From the IMG/VR virus record IMGVR_UViG_3300025769_000068: a stretch of DNA of 64,000 nt, one strand, 5' to 3'. Under the pieces are notes generated by a model. It was given only the letters and a program-made list of their open reading frames with translations. It was not told the origin of the DNA and searched no databases. Positions 50,706-61,454 of the stretch are shown one piece after another; position 1 is the first letter of the stretch; each line of letters begins with the position of its first letter. The position numbers and the translations under genes were made by a program. Origin of the DNA: a virus.

Positions 50706-52086
50706 ATACTAAGGAGTTTAGGGTCAAAGGAATATCAAATATCTTACTAGTCCAGTAACAAAAGCCAGAACCCCACTCATAAACACTGAAAGAATGGGCA
50801 TGTTTTGCTTTACTAATTATATACATATCTAAGGCTACATAAAACATTTTATCTCTTTTTTCTTTTTCTTTTACGACTCTACCCTCTATAAAACCCGGAT
50901 TATTTGAGCAATGTTCACTCTTAGCATGTAAACAATGTATAAAGTTCTTGTACTCTTTGGGAATATTCTTCATAATGTATTCTTTTAGGCCGTTAGAATC
51001 TGAAAGAATTATAGTGTTTTTTCTGCCATTTAGCAATATTGTAGCGACAATTTTATCAAGGCTAGATTGGTAATCTACATTGAAAGTTTTAGTATTTACG
51101 TTGCTATCGTTTAGTTCAAGTTTTTCTTGTTTTAATATATCTGCATCTCCTAGTCTGAAGTGCATGACCTCATAATCTTTTATCTTAAATTTTTTAAAAT
51201 AATCTTTAACTGGTTTAGAAAATATCAATCTGTGCTTCATATAATCTTTTACATATCCGTGTAGTTCAAAATCAACTTTTTCTTTCTTGTCTATATTCAT
51301 AAAATCTGAGTAATTAGAAAAAATTGTAACGGTTTTCTTACGATTCTTTTCGTTTAATTTGTAAATTAAATTTCTTTTCATATTTGCAATATAGTCAGTA
51401 GCAACGCATATATCTTTATGGTATTGTTCAGTGTCAAAAATTTCTCCATGCACTCTGTGGCAAGTTCTTTCTAGATGTGCGCCTATTGTATGTCTAGATA
51501 AATCAATTTCAAATTTTATGCCGTGTTCATAAAAAAGCTTAGAGAGATAACAACATCCTCTCATGAAGTCTCCTATTCCACTGCTGCTATCGTCATAGTA
51601 CGTATTAATAATTATTTTTTTCTTAATGTTATTAAAATCAATAGACTCTTCCATACTTTCAATATCCTGAAAGAATAAATGGTCTATATCTTTAATCAAA
51701 TGTCTTGGTATGTTTTTCTCTTTGTATTTTGCAAGACCTTGTTTTATAATCTTTATATCGTCTGAACCAAAATATTTTCTATATTCATGAATGAAAGATA
51801 ATATTTCTTTAGCAAAAGATGATTTACATTGATTAATAAAGGTTTGATTAGAAGCAAATGCAAATAATTTTGGATCTACATAATCAAACTTTATTTTTAA
51901 ATCAAAAAGTTGTTTTATGCATTCTTGATATTTCTCAAAATTATACAACACGCAAGCATCTGTATACATTTTGTCTCCAGCACTTAAATCTTTTCCTATG
52001 ACTTTTAGTATGCTGGGTAATTTTTTTCCCCTTTTTTTCAAAGCTAGAGCTTCTTCAACTGCTTTTTTTACGCTCATTGATCCCAA
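50704..52086 (-). CDS. Putative fucosyltransferase-like protein
   Basis: GIGDFMRG, HFRLGD, ILSDS, SGF motifs. Confidence 0.55.
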   Translation of the reverse strand: MGSMSVKKAVEEALALKKRGKKLPSILKVIGKDLSAGDKMYTDACVLYNFEKYQECIKQLFDLKIKFDYVDPKLFAFASNQTFINQCKSSFAKEILSFIHEYRKYFGSDDIKIIKQGLAKYKEKNIPRHLIKDIDHLFFQDIESMEESIDFNNIKKKIIINTYYDDSSSGIGDFMRGCCYLSKLFYEHGIKFEIDLSRHTIGAHLERTCHRVHGEIFDTEQYHKDICVATDYIANMKRNLIYKLNEKNRKKTVTIFSNYSDFMNIDKKEKVDFELHGYVKDYMKHRLIFSKPVKDYFKKFKIKDYEVMHFRLGDADILKQEKLELNDSNVNTKTFNVDYQSSLDKIVATILLNGRKNTIILSDSNGLKEYIMKNIPKEYKNFIHCLHAKSEHCSNNPGFIEGRVVKEKEKRDKMFYVALDMYIISKAKHAHSFSVYEWGSGFCYWTSKIFDIPLTLNSLV

Positions 52087-52826
52087 ACACCTTTTAATCT
52101 GGAGAAAGTATTATCGCCCATATAGTAATCTCTTTCAAAGCCAGCAGATTTTAACCACGGATTTAAAGTAGATCCTATATCTAAATATGTATTGTCCTTG
52201 CTGTGTTCTGTCAGTTGATGGCACAGTATATTCCCAAATGGACCGCAGCAAAAAAGAAAAATATGGTCACGAATTCCATTGGAGTCAATGAACATTTTAG
52301 CTTCTTCTATTTGTGAGTAATTTGTTTTCCAAGCATTATTGCCAACTCTATATACCTGCGTCGGTTTAAAAGGTAGGTTATTTACATTACCAGATTCTTG
52401 ACAAAATAATACTACTTCTCTTTCAGAAAACAAGGGTACAATTTTTTCGCAAAAATATTTATAATTACTATTTACCCATATGTCTGCCCAAGTTAAATGA
52501 TCTTGAGATTGACGAGAAACTCTCTTCATGACTCTGTGCAAGTCTATGCCAAAAACGGTTGGACAAGCTATGCCTACATAATATGAAGAGTCTGTGAATT
52601 GAAATGAATCAATTAAAGCTTCTCTTAGTTTTTGGTCGGTAGGATTTTTAGGCTCAAACCAAAACTCTTTATTATTAATTTGCTGATTTGACATAACTGC
52701 CCATTCGCCATCGCAAAATTTTGAGAAACTAAAATTTCTTTGCGACTCGATTTCTTCTTTTAGTATTTCTATATCTTTGTGGTAATCTTTATTTGGAGGT
52801 GTGGTAAAAATCATTGCTCTTTCCAA
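52074..52826 (-). CDS. Putative GT-D-like glycosyltransferase
   Basis: FSKFCDGE, FCCGP, LDIGS. Confidence 0.55.
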   Translation of the reverse strand: MERAMIFTTPPNKDYHKDIEILKEEIESQRNFSFSKFCDGEWAVMSNQQINNKEFWFEPKNPTDQKLREALIDSFQFTDSSYYVGIACPTVFGIDLHRVMKRVSRQSQDHLTWADIWVNSNYKYFCEKIVPLFSEREVVLFCQESGNVNNLPFKPTQVYRVGNNAWKTNYSQIEEAKMFIDSNGIRDHIFLFCCGPFGNILCHQLTEHSKDNTYLDIGSTLNPWLKSAGFERDYYMGDNTFSRLKGVWDQ

Positions 52827-53455
52827 TCAGTAAAACATTGACCTTGCTTATAAGTTTCATATCTAGAATGTGCTATTAGCACATTATTATATACACAAGC
52901 ATACCTACCTTCCACCTGCATTTCCTGCCCCAAATCTAGCTTAGACTGATCGTTAGCCTTGTAGTAGCTGACAAAATTTTGAAACATTCTTTCTGTTGGA
53001 GTGCCGACATGGGGAGGTTTTGGGTCAAAAAAATTAGGCTTATTTCTAACCATGTCATTAAGGCAGTTTTCTATGATTTTATGTTGAGGTCTAACATACA
53101 AAATTGCTTGAAAAATATGGGTTGGAAATATTGCAGATTTAAAACTAAAAAATTCTAATTCTTTTGGTAAAAACTCTGATATTGGAACTTGATATTCTAT
53201 GTCTATATCTGTATAGTGTCCTCCATTTTTATACAAATAAGCATATCTGAAGAAATCAGCTTTAAAGCATCCAGATTTTTCTTCATCAAAATGTTTTACA
53301 AAGGAATCTCCATATTCTTCTTTTAAGAATTTTCTACAGTCTTTATCCTCAAAGAAAACTATTTCTTTATCTGGATTAAGATTCTTAATATTGTCAAAAA
53401 CATACTCTGGAACTCTATGATCTTTCCAAGTTAGTATAATTTTATTCGGTATCAT
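52811..53455 (-). CDS. Glycosyltransferase family 32
   Basis: IPNKI, KADFFRY..LYKNGGHYTDID. Confidence 0.85.
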   Translation of the reverse strand: MIPNKIILTWKDHRVPEYVFDNIKNLNPDKEIVFFEDKDCRKFLKEEYGDSFVKHFDEEKSGCFKADFFRYAYLYKNGGHYTDIDIEYQVPISEFLPKELEFFSFKSAIFPTHIFQAILYVRPQHKIIENCLNDMVRNKPNFFDPKPPHVGTPTERMFQNFVSYYKANDQSKLDLGQEMQVEGRYACVYNNVLIAHSRYETYKQGQCFTDWKEQ

Positions 53456-54200
53456 TTCGCATACTCAGTGTTTGATATCCATTTTCTAACATAAAATTCC
53501 AATATCTTCTCATTCCCATATTTGCTTCGCTGTTCCAAGAAATTGCAGCAGAGTCTTCTCCGTACTTCTTTCCAGTGTCTGGTTGAGACCCCCAAAGGGA
53601 TTTGTCGTCCTCTGGGTGAGGGGGAACATATGTTCCTAATCCAAAATGTTTTTGAGCAACATAAGATAAATGCATATCTTCACCATAATTCATAGGTATT
53701 TCATGAGGACACTCTGCCCAAAATGCTCTGAGTATATCGCGGTGGAAAAACCAACAGTGACAACCCATGTCAACTGGAACAGTTTCTTCGTTTGGATTAC
53801 CCCAACCATAGGCTTCATAGCTACCGGGACCGGGGTATTCAAGTTCTTTACCTTTATTTGCCACAACTCCCCTTGTTGCCAAAATGCCCGGATTCTTTTC
53901 ATGTGTTTCCATGCAGTTTAATAGCCAATTTTTTCCCGGTATAGTATCATCGTCAATCACACAAATAAATGGAGTCTGAGCATTGAGTGCTAAAGAGAAT
54001 CTACCCCACACCCCATAATTTGCACTAGATATAATAGATTCGCAATTATCAACCACCTCTTTGGGAAAAGATATTTTATCGTCAATTAAGTTGGCCCAAA
54101 ACATTATATTTACATCTTCATATGTTTGAGCTTTTATAGCCTCGTATTGTTCAAGACAAGAGTAAGGTCTTTTGTAACCGCTAAGTACTACTGTGATCAT
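53442..54200 (-). CDS. GT-A glycosyltransferase
   Basis: VIDDDTIPG, GEDM. Confidence 0.7.
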   Translation of the reverse strand: MITVVLSGYKRPYSCLEQYEAIKAQTYEDVNIMFWANLIDDKISFPKEVVDNCESIISSANYGVWGRFSLALNAQTPFICVIDDDTIPGKNWLLNCMETHEKNPGILATRGVVANKGKELEYPGPGSYEAYGWGNPNEETVPVDMGCHCWFFHRDILRAFWAECPHEIPMNYGEDMHLSYVAQKHFGLGTYVPPHPEDDKSLWGSQPDTGKKYGEDSAAISWNSEANMGMRRYWNFMLENGYQTLSMRNDTE

Positions 54201-55107
54201 TATTTCTAAACCATTCTATTGTTCGAGATAATCCTTGATATAGATGAACTTTTGCTTTAAATCCAAAGTAAGCTTCTGCTTTTGATGTGTCGAGACATCT
54301 TCTTGGTTGCCCATCTGGGTACTTGTCGTTAAATACAATCTTACCCTCGTGTCCCATAATTGTTTGTATAGTTATAGCTAAGTCTTTAATGTTTATTTCT
54401 CTTCCTGTTCCTATGTTAACAGGATCTGGTTTGTTATAGTTTTTAAGAGCAAGCTTGATAGCTTCTGCACAGTCGTCAACATATAAAAATTCACGACTAG
54501 CTTTTCCGCTTCCCCAGATTTCTACGTCCTTATGACCACCATCAATTGCTTGCTGGAACTTTAAAATAAGTGCTGGTATCACATGACTAGATGCTGGATT
54601 AAAATTGTCATGTGGTCCATACATATTTACTGGTATAAGATTTAAGCCTTTAAAACCATATTGTTGACTGTAAGACTGTACCATTTGCATTAGTGCTTTT
54701 TTTGCTATGCCATACGGAGCATTTGTTTCTTCTGGATACCCATTCCATAAATCCTCTTCCTTAAAGGGGACGGAGCAGTATTTGGGATAAGCGCATACAG
54801 TCCCTAGCATAATAAATTTATCCACATTATGCTCTTTAGCATACTTAATTACATTATAACCCATAATTAAATTTTCTTCAATAAATAATCCGGGGTTGTC
54901 TTTGTTTGCTCCTATACCGCCTACAGTTGCGGCAAGGTGTACAACTACATTTGGTTCAAGATCTAAGTACATCCTTTTAGTATCAGATGTGCATCTTAAA
55001 TCATATTCTTTGCTACCTAAAGCAAAAACTTCTCCTTCAGAAGATAAAGATTTTGTAACAGCTTTACCTAAAAAACCATTACCACCAGTTACTATTATTT
55101 TATTCAT
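54181..55107 (-). CDS. fcl: GDP-L-fucose synthase
   Basis: HLAATVGGIGAN, CAYPK, PYGIAK, SHVIPALI, REFLYVDD. Confidence 0.92.
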   Translation of the reverse strand: MNKIIVTGGNGFLGKAVTKSLSSEGEVFALGSKEYDLRCTSDTKRMYLDLEPNVVVHLAATVGGIGANKDNPGLFIEENLIMGYNVIKYAKEHNVDKFIMLGTVCAYPKYCSVPFKEEDLWNGYPEETNAPYGIAKKALMQMVQSYSQQYGFKGLNLIPVNMYGPHDNFNPASSHVIPALILKFQQAIDGGHKDVEIWGSGKASREFLYVDDCAEAIKLALKNYNKPDPVNIGTGREINIKDLAITIQTIMGHEGKIVFNDKYPDGQPRRCLDTSKAEAYFGFKAKVHLYQGLSRTIEWFRNNDHSST

Positions 55108-55726
55108 ATAACCTCTGCCATTCTATGTCTTCGATACCTTCGTATCTTTCCCAAATACTTTTAGTAATTAACTCTGGATGTATGTACCAATCCTCGTATG
55201 GATCTGGATTACCTACATTTTTAATTAATAACTTGTAACCTTTGTCTGTTAATATCTGTCTCGATTCAACAGCGACATCTTCGTGTCCTCTATATGAGTC
55301 ATGTTCAAAAGTTATAACAGAAAACTTATACTTATCAAATGGCATTAACTTTAGAGCAGCTAATGTTCGTGGTGCTGGGTCAATATCTAGTTGCAAGTAG
55401 TCTACTATTTCTGGCACTTTGTGTTCTTTAAAAATCTCTTCATAATTTGCGAGAGTGGCATCTAATTGTAAGCACACATTCTTTCTGCTGCTAAAATCTA
55501 TTTTTTTAATGTCAAAAGATATTCCTGACCAATCATAGTCATTTTCTAAAGAATAAGTGTTAGATAGTTTATGTGGATCATATGCCCCTATCTCCACGTA
55601 ATAACCATTTCTTTTCCAGCCAAGCATGTTCATGGCAAATGAATCTTGCGCTGCCTGAGAAGGTGAGTCTTTAATTATTTTCATGTTAAAAGCTGGTCCA
55701 TCCTCTACTACTGAATATATCACCAC
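55100..55726 (-). CDS. FkbM-like methyltransferase
   Basis: YVEIGA, SNTYSLE, DYLQLDID, ITFEH. Confidence 0.75.
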   Translation of the reverse strand: MVIYSVVEDGPAFNMKIIKDSPSQAAQDSFAMNMLGWKRNGYYVEIGAYDPHKLSNTYSLENDYDWSGISFDIKKIDFSSRKNVCLQLDATLANYEEIFKEHKVPEIVDYLQLDIDPAPRTLAALKLMPFDKYKFSVITFEHDSYRGHEDVAVESRQILTDKGYKLLIKNVGNPDPYEDWYIHPELITKSIWERYEGIEDIEWQRLYE

Positions 55727-56390
55727 AAAACATACGGCGCTTGTTTACATCTGGATATATTGTTTTTTCTGTTGTCTCGTTATTTATAAAGCCTATCCAC
55801 CAACTAAATGTGCCTTGTGATAGTATTTTTTTCTTACAAGATGCTCCTAAGAGTATTGTAGCAGTTTCGTCGCCAAAATACATATCTATTGAATATTTTT
55901 CTTTTATTTTTTTTACTATATCATGATCTGGACTATCAGTTGACAGGATAATTCTATTGTGAGACATTGACGATAACGCACTATCATAATACTCAAATGG
56001 TAAAGAAAATCCAAGTTTTAATAAATCATCTAATCTTAAATGTACAAATGTTGCATCTTTCATGTTTGTAGATGCAAACTTGTTATACTTTATAAACTTT
56101 TGTACGCACTGTTCTAATTGTAGAAAACCTCGCAAAGAAATGTTAAAATCTATTTTATCTAAAAGAAATAACTCAGCAACATTAGAGTCATCTATCACTA
56201 AGGTTTTATCATATTTAGTATCTTCAAATTTTGGTATTTGTATTATGTTTTGACTAAAAGGATTAGATATATTTTGTTTAAATTTATTAGCTATTGCAGC
56301 AGCGCAAGATAATTGTATTAGGTGATTCCCAAATCTACCTCCGTTATATTGTATTTCAATCATTGCAGCTACTAGCCATCCCTCTTCCAC
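55686..56390 (-). CDS. Alpha-1,2-fucosyltransferase-like (GT11)
   Basis: GRFGNHLIQ, VHLRLDD, TFSWW. Confidence 0.8.
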   Translation of the reverse strand: MEEGWLVAAMIEIQYNGGRFGNHLIQLSCAAAIANKFKQNISNPFSQNIIQIPKFEDTKYDKTLVIDDSNVAELFLLDKIDFNISLRGFLQLEQCVQKFIKYNKFASTNMKDATFVHLRLDDLLKLGFSLPFEYYDSALSSMSHNRIILSTDSPDHDIVKKIKEKYSIDMYFGDETATILLGASCKKKILSQGTFSWWIGFINNETTEKTIYPDVNKRRMFCGDIFSSRGWTSF

Positions 56391-57069
56391 TTAACTGTGT
56401 TGCTAAGTATGGATAAGTGTGATATACTTTGAAGTCATTTACAGCAAAATTATAATTTAATTCCCAATCTATAGGCAAGGAAAAAGATTGTAACTTTTCT
56501 CTAGTTTTGATAGCAGAGTTTTTATTAAAAACAAAAGAGGATGTAGTATTTGTTGACGGATGACCCGCTAGAATATAATTAGGTAAAAGTCTGACATGTT
56601 TTATAATAGAGTGGTCAAATGAACCACCTATAAACAACACATCCCAATCGCTAGGAGCATCCTGTATTGACTGTACAATCTTTTCATAATTAGTAAAGAA
56701 CTTACAATCATCTTCTATTACTAAGGCGTAGTCATGATCAGAGACGATAAACTTATCTAGAGTAGCAATATGCTTTAAAACCAGAGATATACTTGAATGC
56801 TTTAGTTCTGGAACGTTGACATTTCCATTTGTAAATTCTGCCTTTTCATTGCGTATTTGTGCGTCTGGATTATAATATTTAGATAGAATGTCTTCTGTAA
56901 TATCTTCTTTGTCAAACTCAGTAATCAGTTCGTAATCAGATATGCCAACAAATTTTAATTCTTTTATTATATATTCTTTTCTATCTTTTAATTTGGTGTA
57001 GTGTGGAATATACGTTTTGATATTCATAATTTCTCCATAATGTATTTTGCTATATTTTCCGATGAACAA
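56356..57069 (-). CDS. Glycosyltransferase family 25
   Basis: SLVLKH, LVIEDD, WDVLFIG, PID. Confidence 0.75.
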   Translation of the reverse strand: MFIGKYSKIHYGEIMNIKTYIPHYTKLKDRKEYIIKELKFVGISDYELITEFDKEDITEDILSKYYNPDAQIRNEKAEFTNGNVNVPELKHSSISLVLKHIATLDKFIVSDHDYALVIEDDCKFFTNYEKIVQSIQDAPSDWDVLFIGGSFDHSIIKHVRLLPNYILAGHPSTNTTSSFVFNKNSAIKTREKLQSFSLPIDWELNYNFAVNDFKVYHTYPYLATQLSGRGMASSCND

Positions 57070-57827
57070 TAATCATTGTACCATTTTAAAGAATTTGCTG
57101 ATAGTTGCTGTAGCGTATCTTTTTCTTCTATTAGACTGTGAAAAATATCATATGCTTGCTTCCAGTTTTTAACTCTAATAAAAGGAGCGTGGTCGTACAT
57201 TTTAGTTCTAGGTTGCTCTAACGATATTACTGCACATCCACATTTCATAGCTTCATAAAATCTAAAACTTTCTCTACTTAAAGAACCATTAGGTACAAAT
57301 GCTATCTTAGAACTATTCATAACTTTAGAATATTTTGATCTATCTACTCCATTATTCCACCCCTGATAGAAATGTAATACATGCTTGTATTCCTCTTTGT
57401 CTAAAACAGTAGCCATTTCTGCAAAATTTCTTCTAGCAAATGGATCTAATTGTCCCATGAAACACCAATCTAGTTCTCTATCTAGTATTGGAATATTTTC
57501 ATTTTCAAAACCCTTCAACTCACATAGTGGTAAATAAGATACTTTATCAATATCTAAAACACTTTCAACATAGTCAGGGTTCTTCATGGGTGCATATTGT
57601 TTAAAAATATGCACAACGGAATCGTCATTTACTTGATTCGGTATACCATGTCCTTCATCTGAAGTAAATATTAAAACTTTTTTAAATTTTGTTTCAGGCA
57701 CTTCACGGTCCCATATTTGAAAAACAAAAGATAAATCTCTATTTAAATGTTTGCATACTATATCTACTGCGTCTACGTACTTGTGAATGTCTGGGCTTTC
57801 TTTAATTAGATTTATAATTTCTGACAT
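57024..57827 (-). CDS. Exostosin-like glycosyltransferase
   Basis: SKIAFVPNG..ESFRFYEAMKCG. Confidence 0.7.
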   Translation of the reverse strand: MSEIINLIKESPDIHKYVDAVDIVCKHLNRDLSFVFQIWDREVPETKFKKVLIFTSDEGHGIPNQVNDDSVVHIFKQYAPMKNPDYVESVLDIDKVSYLPLCELKGFENENIPILDRELDWCFMGQLDPFARRNFAEMATVLDKEEYKHVLHFYQGWNNGVDRSKYSKVMNSSKIAFVPNGSLSRESFRFYEAMKCGCAVISLEQPRTKMYDHAPFIRVKNWKQAYDIFHSLIEEKDTLQQLSANSLKWYNDYCSSENIAKYIMEKL

Positions 57828-58747
57828 TACAAAATGCTTTCTATAAACTTAAGAACATTTTTAGGCAATACGCTTTCTGGAATAATATTATCTTTAAAAA
57901 CTGGAGCATTTATCATTTTTTCGTATTCGTCTTTGTCAGTATCTAGTTTTTGTATTTTATCTAATAATTCTGAACTTGTCATATCTTCTGTAATATTTAT
58001 GAATGCGTCTGGATTAAAATCTTCCACAACTCTTTTAGATCCCCAGTATATTGGAATGCTTCCAACGCTAAAAGGGTGTAGTATTTTCTCTGTTGTATAT
58101 CCATCATTCTTAGAGTTTTCTGAAGCTATGGTAAATTTATAATCTGAGATGAAATCTATCTTTTGCATTTGATCACCACGACCTTCAACTCTAGGCATAT
58201 TGTTTGATAGTTTACCAGCGCAGTCAACATCTTTGTAATGTTTAATACAATTTAGTATATTTTCTCTAGGGCCAGAATCATTTGAGAATATGAAATTGCA
58301 GAACTTTGTTTTGGGTCTATCATTATTTCTTGAGAGTAAATGGTTAGTTGGCACTAAATATGCTGGATCTCTTTCGTGTATGTAGGGTTTTTCAAACCAG
58401 TTAATAAAGAAAGCCCAGAGAGGAAATCTGTAGTTTCTAGGATCTTCACTATAATCAAATGTAAATGCTAGATCTGCACGACCTATACTGTAGTTTGGAT
58501 ATTCTAAACTACCTTCAGTGAAATTAGGTCTAACGTTTTCGCCAGTAAAAAATATTTTAGGACAAGTATGCATACGATATTTGTCTCTCTGTCGAGACTT
58601 TCCGTATCCAACTGAAAAAAATATTAGATCTGGGTTACGTTCATCAATTATCACATTATATTCAGTAGTCAACAAATTATAGAAATAATTATCTGTCTTT
58701 ACTAAATCGCCCCAGAAATCTACAAAATCTATTTTTAATGATTTCAT
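57827..58747 (-). CDS. Alpha-1,3/4-fucosyltransferase (GT10)
   Basis: FTGEN, YKFTIASENS..GYTTEK..IPIYWG. Confidence 0.9.
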   Translation of the reverse strand: MKSLKIDFVDFWGDLVKTDNYFYNLLTTEYNVIIDERNPDLIFFSVGYGKSRQRDKYRMHTCPKIFFTGENVRPNFTEGSLEYPNYSIGRADLAFTFDYSEDPRNYRFPLWAFFINWFEKPYIHERDPAYLVPTNHLLSRNNDRPKTKFCNFIFSNDSGPRENILNCIKHYKDVDCAGKLSNNMPRVEGRGDQMQKIDFISDYKFTIASENSKNDGYTTEKILHPFSVGSIPIYWGSKRVVEDFNPDAFINITEDMTSSELLDKIQKLDTDKDEYEKMINAPVFKDNIIPESVLPKNVLKFIESIL

Positions 58748-59382
58748 AAGTTATCCCATTCCTCTATTTGTTTTTTAAATATATTTTCTAAATAGGCTAT
58801 CACATTTGGATTTGTCGCCTCGTATATTGAGTGTGGTTCTGGCGTTTTTATGTGATTGCCATGAATATTCGATCTTGAATCATGCTCTTTAAAACTAGAC
58901 ATGGTTTCCTGTAACTTTACAGTAGACTCTAAGTTGCATGTTTTAATAATATCAATTATATTTGTAGGTTGAACATTGAAGAAATCGCAAATGATGTCAC
59001 ACATATATTTGATATCATTGTAGAATCTCTCGTATTTTAAAACTAATGTATAGTTTTTGTTTCTTCTTGATAGAATTGTTGTTAATTGATCATGTTCTTC
59101 TATTCTGCGTGGCAAATACTTTTTAACTAATGACATGGTTATGTCTGGTTTCTGGCTTGCATATGGAAAATCAACAACCCGTATGTACGACAGAAAGGAG
59201 TCAATTGGATGTCTTACTGACACAACAATGTTAATATTTTTATTTAAGTATGGTTTTACTTGTGACATATGACATTTTTCGACATTCCCAAAAATTTCTT
59301 GCAAAACTCTGTAAACTAAAGTAGAACCCGTTCTTGGAATTCCAAACTGTATTACTGTCATGAGTATATTTTTTCTTTCCAA
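58744..59382 (-). CDS. Sulfotransferase
   Basis: PRTGST, RHPIDSFLS, LKYE. Confidence 0.75.
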   Translation of the reverse strand: MERKNILMTVIQFGIPRTGSTLVYRVLQEIFGNVEKCHMSQVKPYLNKNINIVVSVRHPIDSFLSYIRVVDFPYASQKPDITMSLVKKYLPRRIEEHDQLTTILSRRNKNYTLVLKYERFYNDIKYMCDIICDFFNVQPTNIIDIIKTCNLESTVKLQETMSSFKEHDSRSNIHGNHIKTPEPHSIYEATNPNVIAYLENIFKKQIEEWDNL

Positions 59383-60140
59383 TAATTCATAGACAATACT
59401 GGTGAATTGAAATAATCAAAATTAATTTTATTGTACTCATCGTGAATATATTGATCAGTTAATTGTAGCCAATCTTCTACAAATATTATTGGCAAGTCAT
59501 ACTCAAACTTATGAGTTATATGTTTTTTGACAATGGGTATGCACTTGAAATACAACGCTTCCCAGATCCTGTGAGTATCAATACCATTACCTCTGGGACA
59601 AATACAATAAGTATATTTTTTCATGTTATATATGTACTGCTGAAAATTTTGTCCGTTTAGACAATTATAAACACTTGCTGTAAATTTATTATCGTTTATG
59701 AGATCTAAAACTAATTGCCTTTCTTCTTTGTGTGTTACAGGGTTAAACTGTGCAAAAGCCTTGGGTATTCTTTCACAGCACGGAGAGTTATTAATTACAT
59801 CTTCCTTCCAAGGATGCCAAAATGGATTCTCAAAACCTATGGGTAATGGGGAAACTTTTTCGTGTTTAAAATTTAAATTCTGAGTATACCAATGTACTAA
59901 GTTGTAGGGTATGTCCTGTTCTTCTGCATTATTATCGCTGTTGTGTGTAATTAAAGTAAACTTTTTATCGGCATTGTTTCTAATATACTTTAATGCTTGA
60001 TCTGCAAATTCAACGCCACTGTATATAGTTTGATGCTCTTTGTCTATATTCTGATAATTATTATCAGGTTTATATAAGTCTGGGCCTATATTATCAGATA
60101 GATTTCTAAAATGTAAACCGTATACGCAATCTTCTATCAC
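59358..60140 (-). CDS. Exostosin-like glycosyltransferase
   Basis: CPRGNGIDTHRIWEALY..IPIV. Confidence 0.75.
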   Translation of the reverse strand: MIEDCVYGLHFRNLSDNIGPDLYKPDNNYQNIDKEHQTIYSGVEFADQALKYIRNNADKKFTLITHNSDNNAEEQDIPYNLVHWYTQNLNFKHEKVSPLPIGFENPFWHPWKEDVINNSPCCERIPKAFAQFNPVTHKEERQLVLDLINDNKFTASVYNCLNGQNFQQYIYNMKKYTYCICPRGNGIDTHRIWEALYFKCIPIVKKHITHKFEYDLPIIFVEDWLQLTDQYIHDEYNKINFDYFNSPVLSMNYWKEKIYS

Positions 60141-61039
60141 TACAAAACCTCTGTAATAGCAAACTTTGCTAATTCTTTTCTATGTAAATGTAAATTAAAT
60201 AACTCGTAGGATTTTCCAACCTTGTCTATGATGTATGGTTTTCTATTTCTTGCTGTCTCTATTTTAACATCTCTATTTTGTAAAGCAAGAGCAGAGTAAT
60301 ATCCAGAATGACAGTTCATAAAACCGGGACCATCACCATTGTTATTACCTCCAACAAACTGACCATAAGATGCGGAATCAAATATAAAGTTTTTGAATTT
60401 TTTGTAGAACGGAATGTCACAATGTTCAGGTATGATAGGCAAAAGGTCTACTAGTCCATGTCGCCAAGCATAGTTTAGTAAACTCATTTCACTAATATGA
60501 TCATACCCCATAGATAAAAGATTTCTCTCTCCCATCTGTAATGTATCTATCATAGAACTACATAATTTACCAAACTGTTTATGATCTGGGAAAAAACAAA
60601 AACCAAACGTTGTATGAGTGGGCGACATTGGTAATACTTTAATTTTATCTTCAACGTATACGTCTGCCAAATCGCCATATATCAAATTATCATTTTCAAA
60701 GTGAAATACATTGGTAAGTCCAGACATTTCCATGTATGCTTGAATATAATATATTCTTTCAGCAGTTCTGTGCCAGAACATAGGCTTGCTTGGATAAGAT
60801 GTTTGTGGTACGCCTTCTCTTTTAAACCAGCATACATCATTAAACTTATCTATAAGATCGCTAGATATAGATTGTAGATCAATCCATTTAACACCTACAT
60901 CATCAAAATATGATTGCTTAGATCTACAAATGTAATGTATATTAATATCTGAATTGAAATATCTAGCTTGTTTTAAACATACTTCAGTATACTCTGGTAT
61001 GTCGTCATCATCACCAATATATATTCCAACAAATTCCAT
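60140..61039 (-). CDS. Putative glycosyltransferase
   Basis: FHFENDNLIY, FDSASYGQ, NLHLH. Confidence 0.55.
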   Translation of the reverse strand: MEFVGIYIGDDDDIPEYTEVCLKQARYFNSDINIHYICRSKQSYFDDVGVKWIDLQSISSDLIDKFNDVCWFKREGVPQTSYPSKPMFWHRTAERIYYIQAYMEMSGLTNVFHFENDNLIYGDLADVYVEDKIKVLPMSPTHTTFGFCFFPDHKQFGKLCSSMIDTLQMGERNLLSMGYDHISEMSLLNYAWRHGLVDLLPIIPEHCDIPFYKKFKNFIFDSASYGQFVGGNNNGDGPGFMNCHSGYYSALALQNRDVKIETARNRKPYIIDKVGKSYELFNLHLHRKELAKFAITEVL

Positions 61040-61059
61040 GTCACTTTCCTTGTATTGTA

Positions 61060-61109
61060 CAGGGTGATCTCCTGAATCTAAAATTAATTAAATGAGATAT
61101 TGAACCCTG
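61060..61109 (-). ncRNA. Structured guide-like repeat, copy 7 (AUAUC / GGAGA)
   Basis: Plus: CAGGG-TGATCTCC-TGAA-TCTAA-AATTAA-TTAAA-TGAGATAT-TGAA-CCCTG; 5 nt from the tmRNA 3' end. Confidence 0.85.
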
Positions 61110-61114
61110 CTAAA

Positions 61115-61454
61115 TGGAGGCGAGGGGAATCGAACCCCTGTCCAGTATAAATTCCACATAAACTTCTACATCGTTAGTCTGTTGTTATTAATACTACAGA
61201 CAAAACTATTTGTCTTTCCAAATGTCAGAACGATTACGCTCATCGACCCGTTTGCTTCAGGTAGGACAACCCTATCCGATTATCGGAGTCAGCACAATTG
61301 GGTAAAAAGGCTTGTGCAACCCCTCTCACTAAACAGCGAGTGCTAATACAGAAGTATCGGCAATTGAAATGTAATCAAGTTTTAAAGTAGCCGCTTGATT
61401 AACTACTCGATGCGATCTACGCTTCTATCTACCTGTCGAAACCTTTACGCCCCC
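61115..61454 (-). ncRNA. ssrA: tmRNA
   Basis: 5' GGGGGCG..GGTTTCGAC; 3' T-arm GGGGTTCGATTCCCC then CGCCTCCA; G3.U alanine identity pair; tag frame 61361-61329 ADTSVLALAV*; CCA not encoded. Confidence 0.92.
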
